A stretch of 63,398 nucleotides of DNA, filler included, from Octopus bimaculoides (Eukaryota): assembly GCF_001194135.2 (NCBI RefSeq). It is 6 parts of 5 records of this genome, joined end to end, with 100 filler letters (N's around TTAATTAATTAA, not from the genome) between each part and the next. Parts side by side here need not be neighbours in the genome. Positions count along the whole stretch, not along the records: positions 47,730 to 60,074 come from NC_068989.1; positions 60,175 to 63,398 come from NC_068983.1; 4 more parts are not named here. One strand, given 5' to 3'. A program made the translations under genes and the position numbers. This document shows positions 51,100 to 63,398 of this stretch, in pieces. Positions within the stretch are counted from its first letter, which is position 1. The number at the start of each line of letters is the position of its first letter. The notes beneath the pieces are model-generated. The model searched no databases. It saw nothing but the letters and a program-made list of their open reading frames with translations, and was not told where the DNA came from.

Positions 51100-51220
51100 A
51101 ATTGAAGGCAGGAAACTTGCAGAATCGTTAGCACACCAGACACAGTACATAGCGACAATCCTTACTGGTTTTACGTTCTGAATTCAAAATTCTGCCGAGG
51201 TTGACTTTGCCTTTCATTGG
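51100..51220 (+). mobile_element. SINE family C head fragment
   Basis: GCAGAATCGTTAGCAC...CGTTCTGAATTCAAA..CTGCCGAGGTTGACTTTGCCTTTCAT. Confidence 0.7.
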
Positions 51221-51879
51221 TTTTATAGTTAATGTGTAGGAGAGAATTGAGTCCGGTTTAAACCCTATTAAATATTCTTAAAGAGAGAACAGAATAAAAT
51301 AACATCTTTTTGACCATTGTTTCAATTTCGTGTCACTCTGATTGGTTAAGACATTTGACTCATAAGTGGCACTGTCCTCCTATCTTTAAATAGTAATGTA
51401 GAATGGGCGAACTCAATTACATTGACACAAGTATATTACTGGCACTGATTTCACTGATCCCGATCAAAGAAAAATACAATTGTATTCAAATTCAACTCAG
51501 TGTCTCTTAGTGTTTCTGAAAAGACATTTTATTCTGCATTATGTAGAATGTCACCAAAAACAAAATAGATTCTAGAATTTCAATGAATAATAGATGAAAT
51601 AATAGATGAAATAATAGATGAAATAATAGATGAAATAAACTGGTATTTTACCCTAAGAAAGCGTTTCGTTCATTCAATTAACATCGAGGAATTTTAAACT
51701 AAATACTGGTGCTCTGGACTAAGTAAATTAGTTGGTGAAGGTATTAGATTTTATTCTCTTTGCCACCTCCATCATATATTTAATAAAACTGTGATCGATG
51801 GATAAATAGAAGTAGATAGATATATTCAGAGATTAATTGATAAATAGAACGACTGATTCTCGAATACGCACACACACAC

Positions 51880-51920
<41 letters not shown>

Positions 51921-52779
51921 AACATATGTATACAGACACACACACACACACATATATATTACAGTCTGTACTTTTAATCGTACAAAATTCTGAAATTCAC
52001 CAGAAATTTTAATATTGCGCATAGCTGCGAAAGAAAATCTCATTGAATCAAACTGTCTATCGTCGTGTTTATATTTGAATATCTGCAAACATTTACTTGC
52101 TTAAGGGTCATGAAAACTCGTAAATCTTTCGTTGTCAACCTGCACTTCAAAAAATTCAATAGGTTTAATTCGTTTGTTCTTGTTTCTTACATGTTCCTTT
52201 TGTTCAAATTGTCCAGTTATTTTTACATAAAAAGATCTTTCCGGAATCTTAAAGTACTTTATTTTTCGACAGTAACTCAAACATTTAACCGGACTTACAC
52301 ATTTCTATATTGAATCACAAATCGCCCACAGTACCACTCCCCACACTCTTTCGAGCTTCACTCTTGAATGTTTAACTTTACAACATGATGTTATTGTTTA
52401 ACCCCATCCAAGCCCTGATTGAAAAGACTATGATAAAAGGCACCCAGTCTTTATTCTTTTTTGTTGTATTTTTCAACGTGTATCTTAATGTATTTCTTGT
52501 TTTTTAATGACAATCTAGTGTGTGAACAGAAGAAACTTTTGCTTGATATTTGTAGTATCTCACGTAAGCTATGAGTGATTCTCTGGGCCATGGAAGTAGT
52601 GATACTGCAACATGATTGACTATATGTAAAACAACATTTAGGTAGCCCAAATGCCTTATATTCTGACTTCAAATAGAGTTGTTGTTTTTTTTTTGTTAGA
52701 CAGCAGGGAGACAAGACTACTATTTCTCGCCGTTGAATTTGCATATCATTTCTCCAGCTCAATAAAATAATTATTCTTT

Positions 52780-53250
52780 TCTACGCTAGGCACAATGCCC
52801 GAAATTTTGGGAGAGAGTCCTAGTCGATTAGATCAACCCCAATACGCAACTGGTACTTAATTTATCGACCCCAAAAGGATTAAAGGCAAAGTCAACCTCG
52901 GCGGAATTTGAACTCCATGCGTAAAGATAGACGAAATACCGATACGCATTTCGCCCGGCGTGCTAACGTCTCTGCCAGCTCGCCGCCTTTTTCGCCCGGC
53001 GTGCTAGCGTTTCTTATTTCTTTACTGCCCACAAACGGCTACACACAGAGGGGACAAACAAGGACAGACAAACGGATTAAGTCGATTATGTCGACCCCAG
53101 TGCGTGACTGGTACTTATTTAATCGATCCCGAAAGGGTGAAAGGTAAAGTCGACCTCGGCGGAATTTGAACTCAGAACGTAGCGGCAGACGAAATACCGC
53201 AAAGCATTTCGCCCGGCGTGCTAACGTCTCTACCAGCTCACCGCCTTTCA
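52780..53250 (-). mobile_element. Cluster of SINE family C copies
   Basis: Two near-complete copies plus a 21-bp head fragment between them. Confidence 0.85.
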
Positions 53251-53436
53251 ATAAAATAAATATTGGCTATGTACTGAAGTCAATATAATCGATTGCACCA
53301 CCCATACCTTATGATTATACAGCTAGGTATCAATGAGAAAAAAAATAATATATAATTATAAAAATCAGGTGGAAGGGAGCAAAGGAATAAGTTCTTGTAA
53401 GATACTGTGTACCAAATAAATCAGAGATAGGGTGAG

Positions 53437-53510
<74 letters not shown>

Positions 53511-54385
53511 NNNNNNNNNNNNNNNNNNNNNNNNNNNNNNNNNNNNNNNNNNNNNNNNNNNNNNNNNNNNNNNNNNNNNNNNNNNNNNNNNNNNNNNNNN
53601 NNNNNNNNNNNNNNNNNNNNNNNNNNNNNNNNNNNNNNNNNNNNNNNNNNNNNNNNNNNNNNNNNNNNNNNNNNNNNNNNNNNNNNNNNNNNNNNNNNNN
53701 NNNNNNNNNNNNNNNNNNNNNNNNNNNNNNNNNNNNNNNNNNNNNNNNNNNNNNNNNNNNNNNNNNNNNNNNNNNNNNNNNNNNNNNNNNNNNNNNNNNN
53801 NNNNNNNNNNNNNNNNNNNNNNNNNNNNNNNNCTCTATCTATCTCTCTCTCTCTCTCTTTCTTTCTCTCTCTCTCGCTCACTCTCCCTTTCCTTCTTTCT
53901 CTCTCTCTTTCTCATTCTCTCTGTCCTTCTTTCTCTCTCTCTGTTTTTTCTTTCCCTCACCCTCTCTCTGATCTACACTTACCCCTCTCACGTTCTTTCT
54001 CTTACACAACAACTACCTATTTCGTACAATGCCCTTTTCTACCATCCTTTACATCGCTTGCCGTACACAAGTGTCCTGTACATGCAACCTAGACACTAAA
54101 CCGGCACCGAATCCATGAAGAGGGACAGAAAGGCATTCTTCCATGAGATGTGCAAATCGTGTCTTCACTAGAGGTACAGACATGATCACTTCAAGTTTCA
54201 TTCAAACAGTATTGTATCCCGAACAGCCATGTTAAACGTAAACAAGACGCAATTAAAACCGTCAATGTTGCTACAAATGCTAGGCCTCACATCACTAAAG
54301 TTCTCTCCTGGCTAAACCACATGCCAACATAGTTAAAATTCCATTACAAAGACTAAATTCCACACAAGGACTAGAAAATACTTAC

Positions 54386-54560
54386 TCTTCACCATCACCA
54401 CCAACAACAACAGCAACAACAACAGCAACTACTGCTAACTGTTTCAAAACTCGAGAAAAACAATAACGGAGAGCTGCTTTTGCATTTGAAGTATGCTACT
54501 ACTACATGCACAAAATTCCAGATCGCATCAAACGAAAAGCCACGATTCAGACAAGTATTT
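54386..54560 (-). other. Candidate non-coding or 5' exon (donor GAAGA|GTAAGT)
   Basis: Strong donor (GT at 54385-54384) with a relatively CpG-rich stretch upstream at 54600-54720. No long ORF. Link to the 22201-23554 exon is unproven. Confidence 0.25.
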
Positions 54561-54833
54561 GTGTGTATGCAGATCAGTGTGTATGCAGATCAGTGTGTAT
54601 TCGCGCCCAGATATTTAGATAAATTAGTATATCAATATGAATGACAGCATATGCGTTCGTGCGCGCGCGCATGTGTGTATGCGTGCGCATGTAATCGCGT
54701 GTGGATGTAAACGCGTAGACGTAAATAAGAAGAAAAAGTACACAATACTGTAAGTAGATGATATAATTTATAAGAAACTGAAAGTCCCACATAACGAGAG
54801 CAGGAATTTCTCATAGATATATATATATATATG

Positions 54834-54876
<43 letters not shown>

Positions 54877-55040
54877 GGGAGAATTTACGAAAAAAACAAC
54901 AACAGACGAGGCAGGTGGTGTAAACAACAAAAGGATGTATTAGTTTAACGCTCGGGAATAGAGAGAGTCTTTAACGTTTCGAGCTACGCTCTTCAACAGA
55001 AAGAATAAGGAGAAAAGCAAGGAGAAAAACACGGAGAAAA
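54877..55040 (-). mobile_element. Penelope-like repeat piece containing a hammerhead-like motif
   Basis: Similar to 29688-29850 and 20812-20884. Confidence 0.6.
54968..55004 (-). ncRNA. Minimal type-I hammerhead-like motif with CUGU core variant
   Basis: TCTTT-CTGTTGA-A-GAGC-GTA-GCTC-GAAAC-GTT-AAAGA: 5-bp stem I, 4-bp stem II, palindromic AACGTT stem III. Confidence 0.45.
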
Positions 55041-55409
55041 TATATATANNNNNNNNNNNNNNNNNNNNNNNNNNNNNNNNNNNNNNNNNNNNNNNNNNNN
55101 NNNNNNNNNNNNNNNNNNNNNNNNNNNNNNNNNNNNNNNNNNNNNNNNNNNNNNNNNNNNNNNNNNNNNNNNNNNNNNNNNNNNNNNNNNNNNNNNNNNN
55201 NNNNNNNNNNNNNNNNNNNNNNNNNNNNNNNNNNNNNNNNNNNNNNNNNNNNNNNNNNNNNNNNNNNNNNNNNNNNNNNNNNNNNNNNNNNNNNNNNNNN
55301 NNNNNNNNNNNNNNNNNNNNNNNNNNNNNNNNNNNNNNNNNNNNNNNNNNNNNNNNNNNNNNNNNNNNNNNNNNNNNNNNNNNNNNNNNNNNNNNNNNNN
55401 NNNNNNNNN

Positions 55410-55456
<47 letters not shown>

Positions 55457-55489
55457 GTATGTATGTATGTACGTATGTATGTATTTAGG

Positions 55490-55630
55490 CTCGAGCGTGG
55501 CTGTGTGCTAAGAAGCTTGCTTGCCGCCCACATTGTTCCGATTTCAGTCTCTGGGCCAGTGTCTTTTACTTGAGCTGACCAAAGCCATGCCAGTGGATTT
55601 GGTTGACGGAAACTGAGAGAAGTCTGTTCT
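55490..55630 (+). mobile_element. SINE family A head, diverged
   Basis: GCGTGGCTGTGTGCTAAGAAGC...GGATTTGGTTGACGGAAACTGAGA. Confidence 0.7.
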
Positions 55631-55682
55631 ATATATATTTATATATATATATATTGTATCTTTGTGTGTTTATTTGTGTCTA

Positions 55683-57810
<2,128 letters not shown>

Positions 57811-59340
57811 ATGTGTGTGTGAGAGAGAGAGATAATGTGTGAGAGAGTGAGCGAGAGAGAGAGAGAGAGAGAAAGAATGAGAGAGAGAGAGAGAAAGAAT
57901 GAGAGAGAGAGAGAGAAAGAATGAGAGAGAGAGTCTAAGGCAGACGATACAGAAATAATCGCCAATCTGATTTATTTAAAATTTCCCTCTTTCTAAAATA
58001 GTTACAAGGTAAAATATATGCTAGCAGAAACTTGTAATATAAAATGCATTTGTTTAAAGGTGTAGATGTGTTACTTTTGAGTAAATATCGTCAGTAAACT
58101 TAAGTAAATAATCTGTGAATAGATTTTCTGAACTTCCATGCATGGTGCAATATTTACGTCTTGTGAGCCTCCATGTTTCCTGTTTACTACTGGTATGTAA
58201 TGCTGGGTTAATGGGTTTTCAAATGACCAGTGAACGAAGTGTTTCGGTTTCGAAATTTGGCTAGAATTCCCGTTAGATTAGATACTGTTGGTCACTTCTT
58301 TGACGATTTTCATTGAAAGCCGTTTAATAACGATTAAAAACGAGTGTTTGTTAATATCTGAAATTGAATTTCTTCAAATTGTTTCATTTTTACTAAGAGA
58401 GAGAGAGAGAAGGNNNNNNNNNNNNNNNNNNNNNNNNNNNNNNNNNNNNNNNNNNNNNNNNNNNNNNNNNNNNNNNNNNNNNNNNNNNNNNNNNNNNNNN
58501 NNNNNNNNNNNNNNNNNNNNNNNNNNNNNNNNNNNNNNNNNNNNNNNNNNNNNNNNNNNNNNNNNNNNNNNNNNNNNNNNNNNNNNNNNNNNNNNNNNNN
58601 NNNNNNNNNNNNNNNNNNNNNNNNNNNNNNNNNNNNNNNNNNNNNNNNNNNNNNNNNNNNNNNNNNNNNNNNNNNNNNNNNNNNNNNNNNNNNNNNNNNN
58701 NNNNNNNNNNNNNNNNNNNNNNNNNNNNNNNNNNNNNNNNNNNNNNNNNNNNNNNNNNNNNNNNNNNNNNNNNNNNNNNNNNNNNNNNNNNNNNNNNNNN
58801 NNNNNNNNNNNNNNNNNNNNNNNNNNNNNNNNNNNNNNNNNNNNNNNNNNNNNNNNNNNNNNNNNNNNNNNNNNNNNNNNNNNNNNNNNNNNNNNNNNNN
58901 NNNNNNNNNNNNNNNNNNNNNNNNNNNNNNNNNNNNNNNNNNNNNNNNNNNNNNNNNNNNNNNNNNNNNNNNNNNNNNNNNNNNNNNNNNNNNNNNNNNN
59001 NNNNNNNNNNNNNNNNNNNNNNNNNNNNNNNNNNNNNNNNNNNNNNNNNNNNNNNNNNNNNNNNNNNNNNNNNNNNNNNNNNNNNNNNNNNNNNNNNNNN
59101 NNNNNNNNNNNNNNNNNNNNNNNNNNNNNNNNNNNNNNNNNNNNNNNNNNNNNNNNNNNNNNNNNNNNNNNNNNNNNNNNNNNNNNNNNNNNNNNNNNNN
59201 NNNNNNNNNNNNNNNNNNNNNNNNNNNNNNNNNNNNNNNNNNNNNNNNNNNNNNNNNNNNNNNNNNNNNTATATATACATACATACATATGAGGCAAAAG
59301 CAGATCTAGTATTAAAAAAAATATTGTTAAATACATATAA

Positions 59341-59553
59341 CTAAAGTATATGCTTTGCGTATTTTTCAGTGGCCGCAATGGCGTAGCGGAGAATCTTAGA
59401 GCCGTGGACAGACGAGATAATTTACCCTGGGATACAGGGTGAGTTATCTCGCCTGTCCACAGCTCTAATGTGTGTTAACACCGGCGACATGCGAGTTAGA
59501 TACCCCGCTACGCCATTGCAGCCACCGGAAAATACACAAAGCATATACACTAG
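59341..59553. mobile_element. Foldback/palindromic element; right arm duplicated at 59761-59890
   Basis: Arms pair around a GGATA loop (59430-59434). The right arm carries about 30 extra nt. Confidence 0.75.
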
Positions 59554-59948
59554 TATATGTATTTAATAATATTTATTATACAAGAACTGTTTTCACTTCA
59601 TATGTAAATTATCTCTTAGGTATGCAATTTCCGGGCATACCAGGTCATGTCTTTACAAGCCATGAGCATACAAGTTGTTGGATCGCTAGCTGTCTCGCCT
59701 TCAAACTAGGTGGGCAGGTGGTGTTGATTAGCCCCAGAAATGGCGAAACATGGAATTCAGCTATCTCGCCTGTCTACGGCTCTAATGTGTGTTAACACCA
59801 GCGACATGAGAGTTATATACCCCGCTACGCCATTGCAGCCACCGGAAAATACACAAAGCATATACATTAGTATATATATTTCACAATATTTAATTTATAT
59901 ATGTGTGTATATGTCTGTCTGTCTGTCTCTGTCTCTCTCTCTCTGTCT

Positions 59949-60026
<78 letters not shown>

Positions 60027-60074
60027 GTATGTATATATATCTCCTTTCATCGTCACCCCCTCGCTCGTAACCCC

Positions 60075-60174
60075 NNNNNNNNNNNNNNNNNNNNNNNNNN
60101 NNNNNNNNNNNNNNNNNNTTAATTAATTAANNNNNNNNNNNNNNNNNNNNNNNNNNNNNNNNNNNNNNNNNNNN
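60075..60174. other. Artificial scaffold join
   Basis: TTAATTAATTAA at 60119-60130 within Ns. Confidence 0.95.
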
Positions 60175-60285
60175 TTTCGTGCGTGCGTATGTGTTATGTA
60201 TATGAGTGAGTATTGTGTATGTGAGAGGTGTGTGTGCATGTGTGTATGTGTGTATGTGTGCATGTGCGTATATGTGTATGTGTGT

Positions 60286-60317
<32 letters not shown>

Positions 60318-61943
60318 GTTTTATGTATGTGAGGGGTGTGTATGTGTGTGTTTATGTGTGTGCGTGCGTATGTGTGCCAGGTATGTGTGTTATTTTGTGT
60401 GTGCACTCCTGTGTGTATATGCATACACACATACAAACGCACATACACTCATACATGCATGCATACTACATTGTAAGATTTAGATTCACATAAAGGAAGA
60501 GTGCGGATATTTTATTTAGTATAAAATCCCACATTGTATGAAATATTATTCTTTATTTTTTAAATAAAGTCATCTTCATATATTAATAATATAGTTATAG
60601 TAGACTTCCCGTAAGCAGAATTATGGTGTACCAAGATCACCATGTTTGGCACAAAAACCATTATCAGAGTGGTATCTGCAAGAATTAGTAAATACTTGCT
60701 TACTAACTGTACATCTATGGTAGCAACAAGAAAAATCTCTCAAAGTTTTACTCTCAGTAGTATTAAAAGATGCGCTATCTTATTGGCATGTGTGTAAACT
60801 AAAAAATATATTTCTTTTAGTAATTTCTTTCAAAATCACACCAAACACTTCTGTGTATTTAAATGTGTGGAAACAAATTTCTTTCCTAGTGAATAGCGGG
60901 AAAATGTAATTCTTTATCATGTCTGTGTAATAAAATTGTTTTCTCCTTTTGTAAGATATATAGTGCGGTTGTCGCAAGTGTTCACTTTGGATAGACATAA
61001 TAAATCATTCTTCGACTGGCGAAATGTGTAAAAACAGATAAAATATATAACTTGGAGAGAAAGTAGCGACTTACGCTGATATGTTATATATGCAGAGATA
61101 GAGAGAACTTAGTCTTGTGTAATTATATACGCATTGAAATCGGAAGTAAGTAAACGTTGAATACTAGATATAAAATATCTCACTCTGTTAAATGATCGGC
61201 TTTTATTTTATATAAAATCCATATCCATATTGTACGGTTAATTCGTTTATACATGTTTGAGTACGTGCGCGCGTGTGTGTGCGCGCGCAGATCTGTGATT
61301 ATGTGTGTTTGTGTGTATGTGTTCTTCAATAAATAAAGACTTTATTCATGTTTTTATTTATAACTTTTAAACAGCCTAACATTAAGTTAATTTCTTATTA
61401 GTCTTTTAACCCTTTCGATATTTATAATAAGTAATAGATTGCCTGAATTTTCCTCCACCTTAATTAAATATTAATAATAACTAAACACACTTGAATTAAA
61501 CTCTAGATACTAATTTTGTATTGATTTAATACGGATGGACATAGTATCACAATATGACATTTTTACCAATTATATCTACCTGAGCTTTCTTATACTCAAC
61601 ACTCCAGATGAATGTATTGTTATATTCTTACTTTACAACTCCAGTATACACAACCTTACTTTCCATTCTAAGGTCTCTACCGTTTTTTACACTCTGTCCT
61701 TTATGTATAAATTTTATCAGTTAGCGGTTTCCAGCCGTTTACTCAACATGCAGGAATTGAACTTCTATTTTGTATATCTTTATCTACCTCTGAAGAGATT
61801 CGACTTTCAAATAGTTTTGAATTTAATTAATTAATTTTATGAATGTCTGGAATTGAAACAGCTGTAAGGGATATTTGTCAATTTTCTAATTAATAAATAA
61901 GTATTTATTTATTACCTCTCTATTTTCTTATATTATTATTATC

Positions 61944-61991
<48 letters not shown>

Positions 61992-62009
61992 TCTTTTATT
62001 ATTATATAT

Positions 62010-62335
62010 TCTTTTATTCTTTTACTTGTTTCAGACTGCCGCCATGCCTGGGCACCGCTTTAAAGGGTGTTACTCGAATAAATCGATCCCACGGCTTATT
62101 ATTTCTAAGCATAGTAACTTATTCAATCGGTCTGTTTTGCTGGATCGCTACGCAACGGGACCATAGCCACACCAGCATCAGTTGCGAAGCGATATCGGGG
62201 GCGAATTCACTCACAAGGCTTCGGTCGACTCGAGACGATAGTAGAAGATATCTGCCCAAGATACCAGCGGTGCGAATGAACTCGGAAACATGTGGCTGGC
62301 AAACAAGCTCCTTACCACACAGGACATGCCTACGC
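62010..62335 (-). mobile_element. SINE family A, diverged
   Basis: TTTTACTTGTTTCAG...GCCATGC...CACAAGGCTTTCGGTCG...CTTACCACACAG. Confidence 0.75.
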
Positions 62336-62480
62336 CTAAAATATATCCAAATATATTTCATCCACATATGTTACATGCTTGCATATATGAATTTGTGTAT
62401 TTGTGCCTATGCCTGCCAATATCTTTGTTTGAATATGCCAATATGTTTAGAGATATGTAGATAGATAGTTAGATAGATAG

Positions 62481-62519
<39 letters not shown>

Positions 62520-62593
62520 CAGAGAGACAGAGACAGAGAGACAGACAGACAGACAGACATGCAGACAGACATGCAGACAGACAGACAGACAGA

Positions 62594-62635
<42 letters not shown>

Positions 62636-62699
62636 TATACATAGACAGACAGACAGACAGATAGACAGACGGACACACAGACAGACAGATATCTTTTTA

Positions 62700-63398
62700 T
62701 TATAGCCACACAGGGTTAAATACAGAAAATGGACAAATTACAAAGTAGAGCTTTTCTTGGGGGGGGGGTAATTTCGATCAAAAGGGATCGCGGAAAAAAA
62801 AGGTGGGGATTTCGATCAAAAGGGATCGCGGGAAGAAAAAAAAAACCTGGGTAGGGGGCGATCAATAGGGTTCGTGTATCACAGTCAATGTAAAAAACGG
62901 GGAACAGATTAGGTTTATCAGTGGAGAGAAAAGCCTACGTAAAAGACCACAGTCACCTCAGGCTTTTTTTTTAAAGGTACATGAAAGTCAGTACCTTCTC
63001 TCTTTTTGACTCTTTTTGTTACAGGTCTATGCTTAAAATGGTGTCGTCTTTCATTCTTACCATTCTTGCCACATTTACCCATTTTTTATTGAAACTTTCA
63101 TTCGACATCACTTTCCTCTCTATCCTCATCCTCCTTTTCAAGTGGTACTTGAAAAAGTTGACGAGGGACTGACCAGAGAGGAAAGTGTTTGTTTGTAGAC
63201 CTTTCAAACGCGTTTGTAGACCTTTCAAACGCATTCTTTTGCCATAGCTATCAGTGTTACAAAAACCGTTTTTCCTTCCCGTTTAAACGAAGGTGGCGGA
63301 ACAATATTCAAGATAGACGCGGCTGATAAGTGGGCTCGTCCCACACGCGACAACAGCCGTTCGACGAAGGTCTACAGCTCTGAAATATCTGGACACTG
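62700..63398 (-). mobile_element. Tx1/L1-like LINE 3' end (ORF2 C-terminus and 3' UTR), degraded
   Basis: Minus strand reads QCPDISEL*TFVERLLSRVGR...IVPPPSFKREGKTVFVTLIAMAKECV*...LSGQSLVNFFKYHLKRRMRIER, resembling the region just after the ORF2 zinc-binding CP..W motif. In-frame 21-bp duplication at 63191-63232. Confidence 0.55.

Noticed and set aside
51586-51637. 12-bp tandem AATAGATGAAAT x4
   Set aside because: Ordinary short slippage repeat

Overview
AT-rich eukaryotic draft-assembly DNA that is extremely dense in microsatellites and SINEs, with many N gaps. The repeat landscape suggests a coleoid cephalopod, probably Octopus (inference). Five artificial 100-nt joins (N44-TTAATTAATTAA-N44) split the window into six pieces, so order and orientation across them are unverified. 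Only one convincing host coding segment was found: a minus-strand terminal exon at 22201-23554. It encodes about 450 aa of low-complexity sequence with a basic cluster, two PPSY motifs, YENL and a C-terminal ExxxLL motif, which looks like the cytoplasmic tail of a trafficked membrane protein. Its upstream exons and gene identity could not be established. The rest is mobile DNA: several tRNA-derived SINE families, RTE and Tx1/L1-like LINE remnants, Penelope-like repeat pieces, Tc1/Tigger-type MITEs, a Merlin-like insertion with an 8-bp TSD, a Helitron-type 3' end and a foldback element. The most interesting non-standard signals are (i) four minimal type-I hammerhead-ribozyme-like motifs in Penelope-like pieces, two sharing a non-canonical CUGU core; (ii) three near-palindromic RFX X-boxes within 4.4 kb, plus a tandem perfect CRE pair; (iii) a perfect 20-bp hairpin and an inverted SINE pair flanking the coding exon, both candidate dsRNA/ADAR substrates. 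Almost all other entries in the ORF track are artefacts of N runs or microsatellites. No novel multi-gene system is supported.
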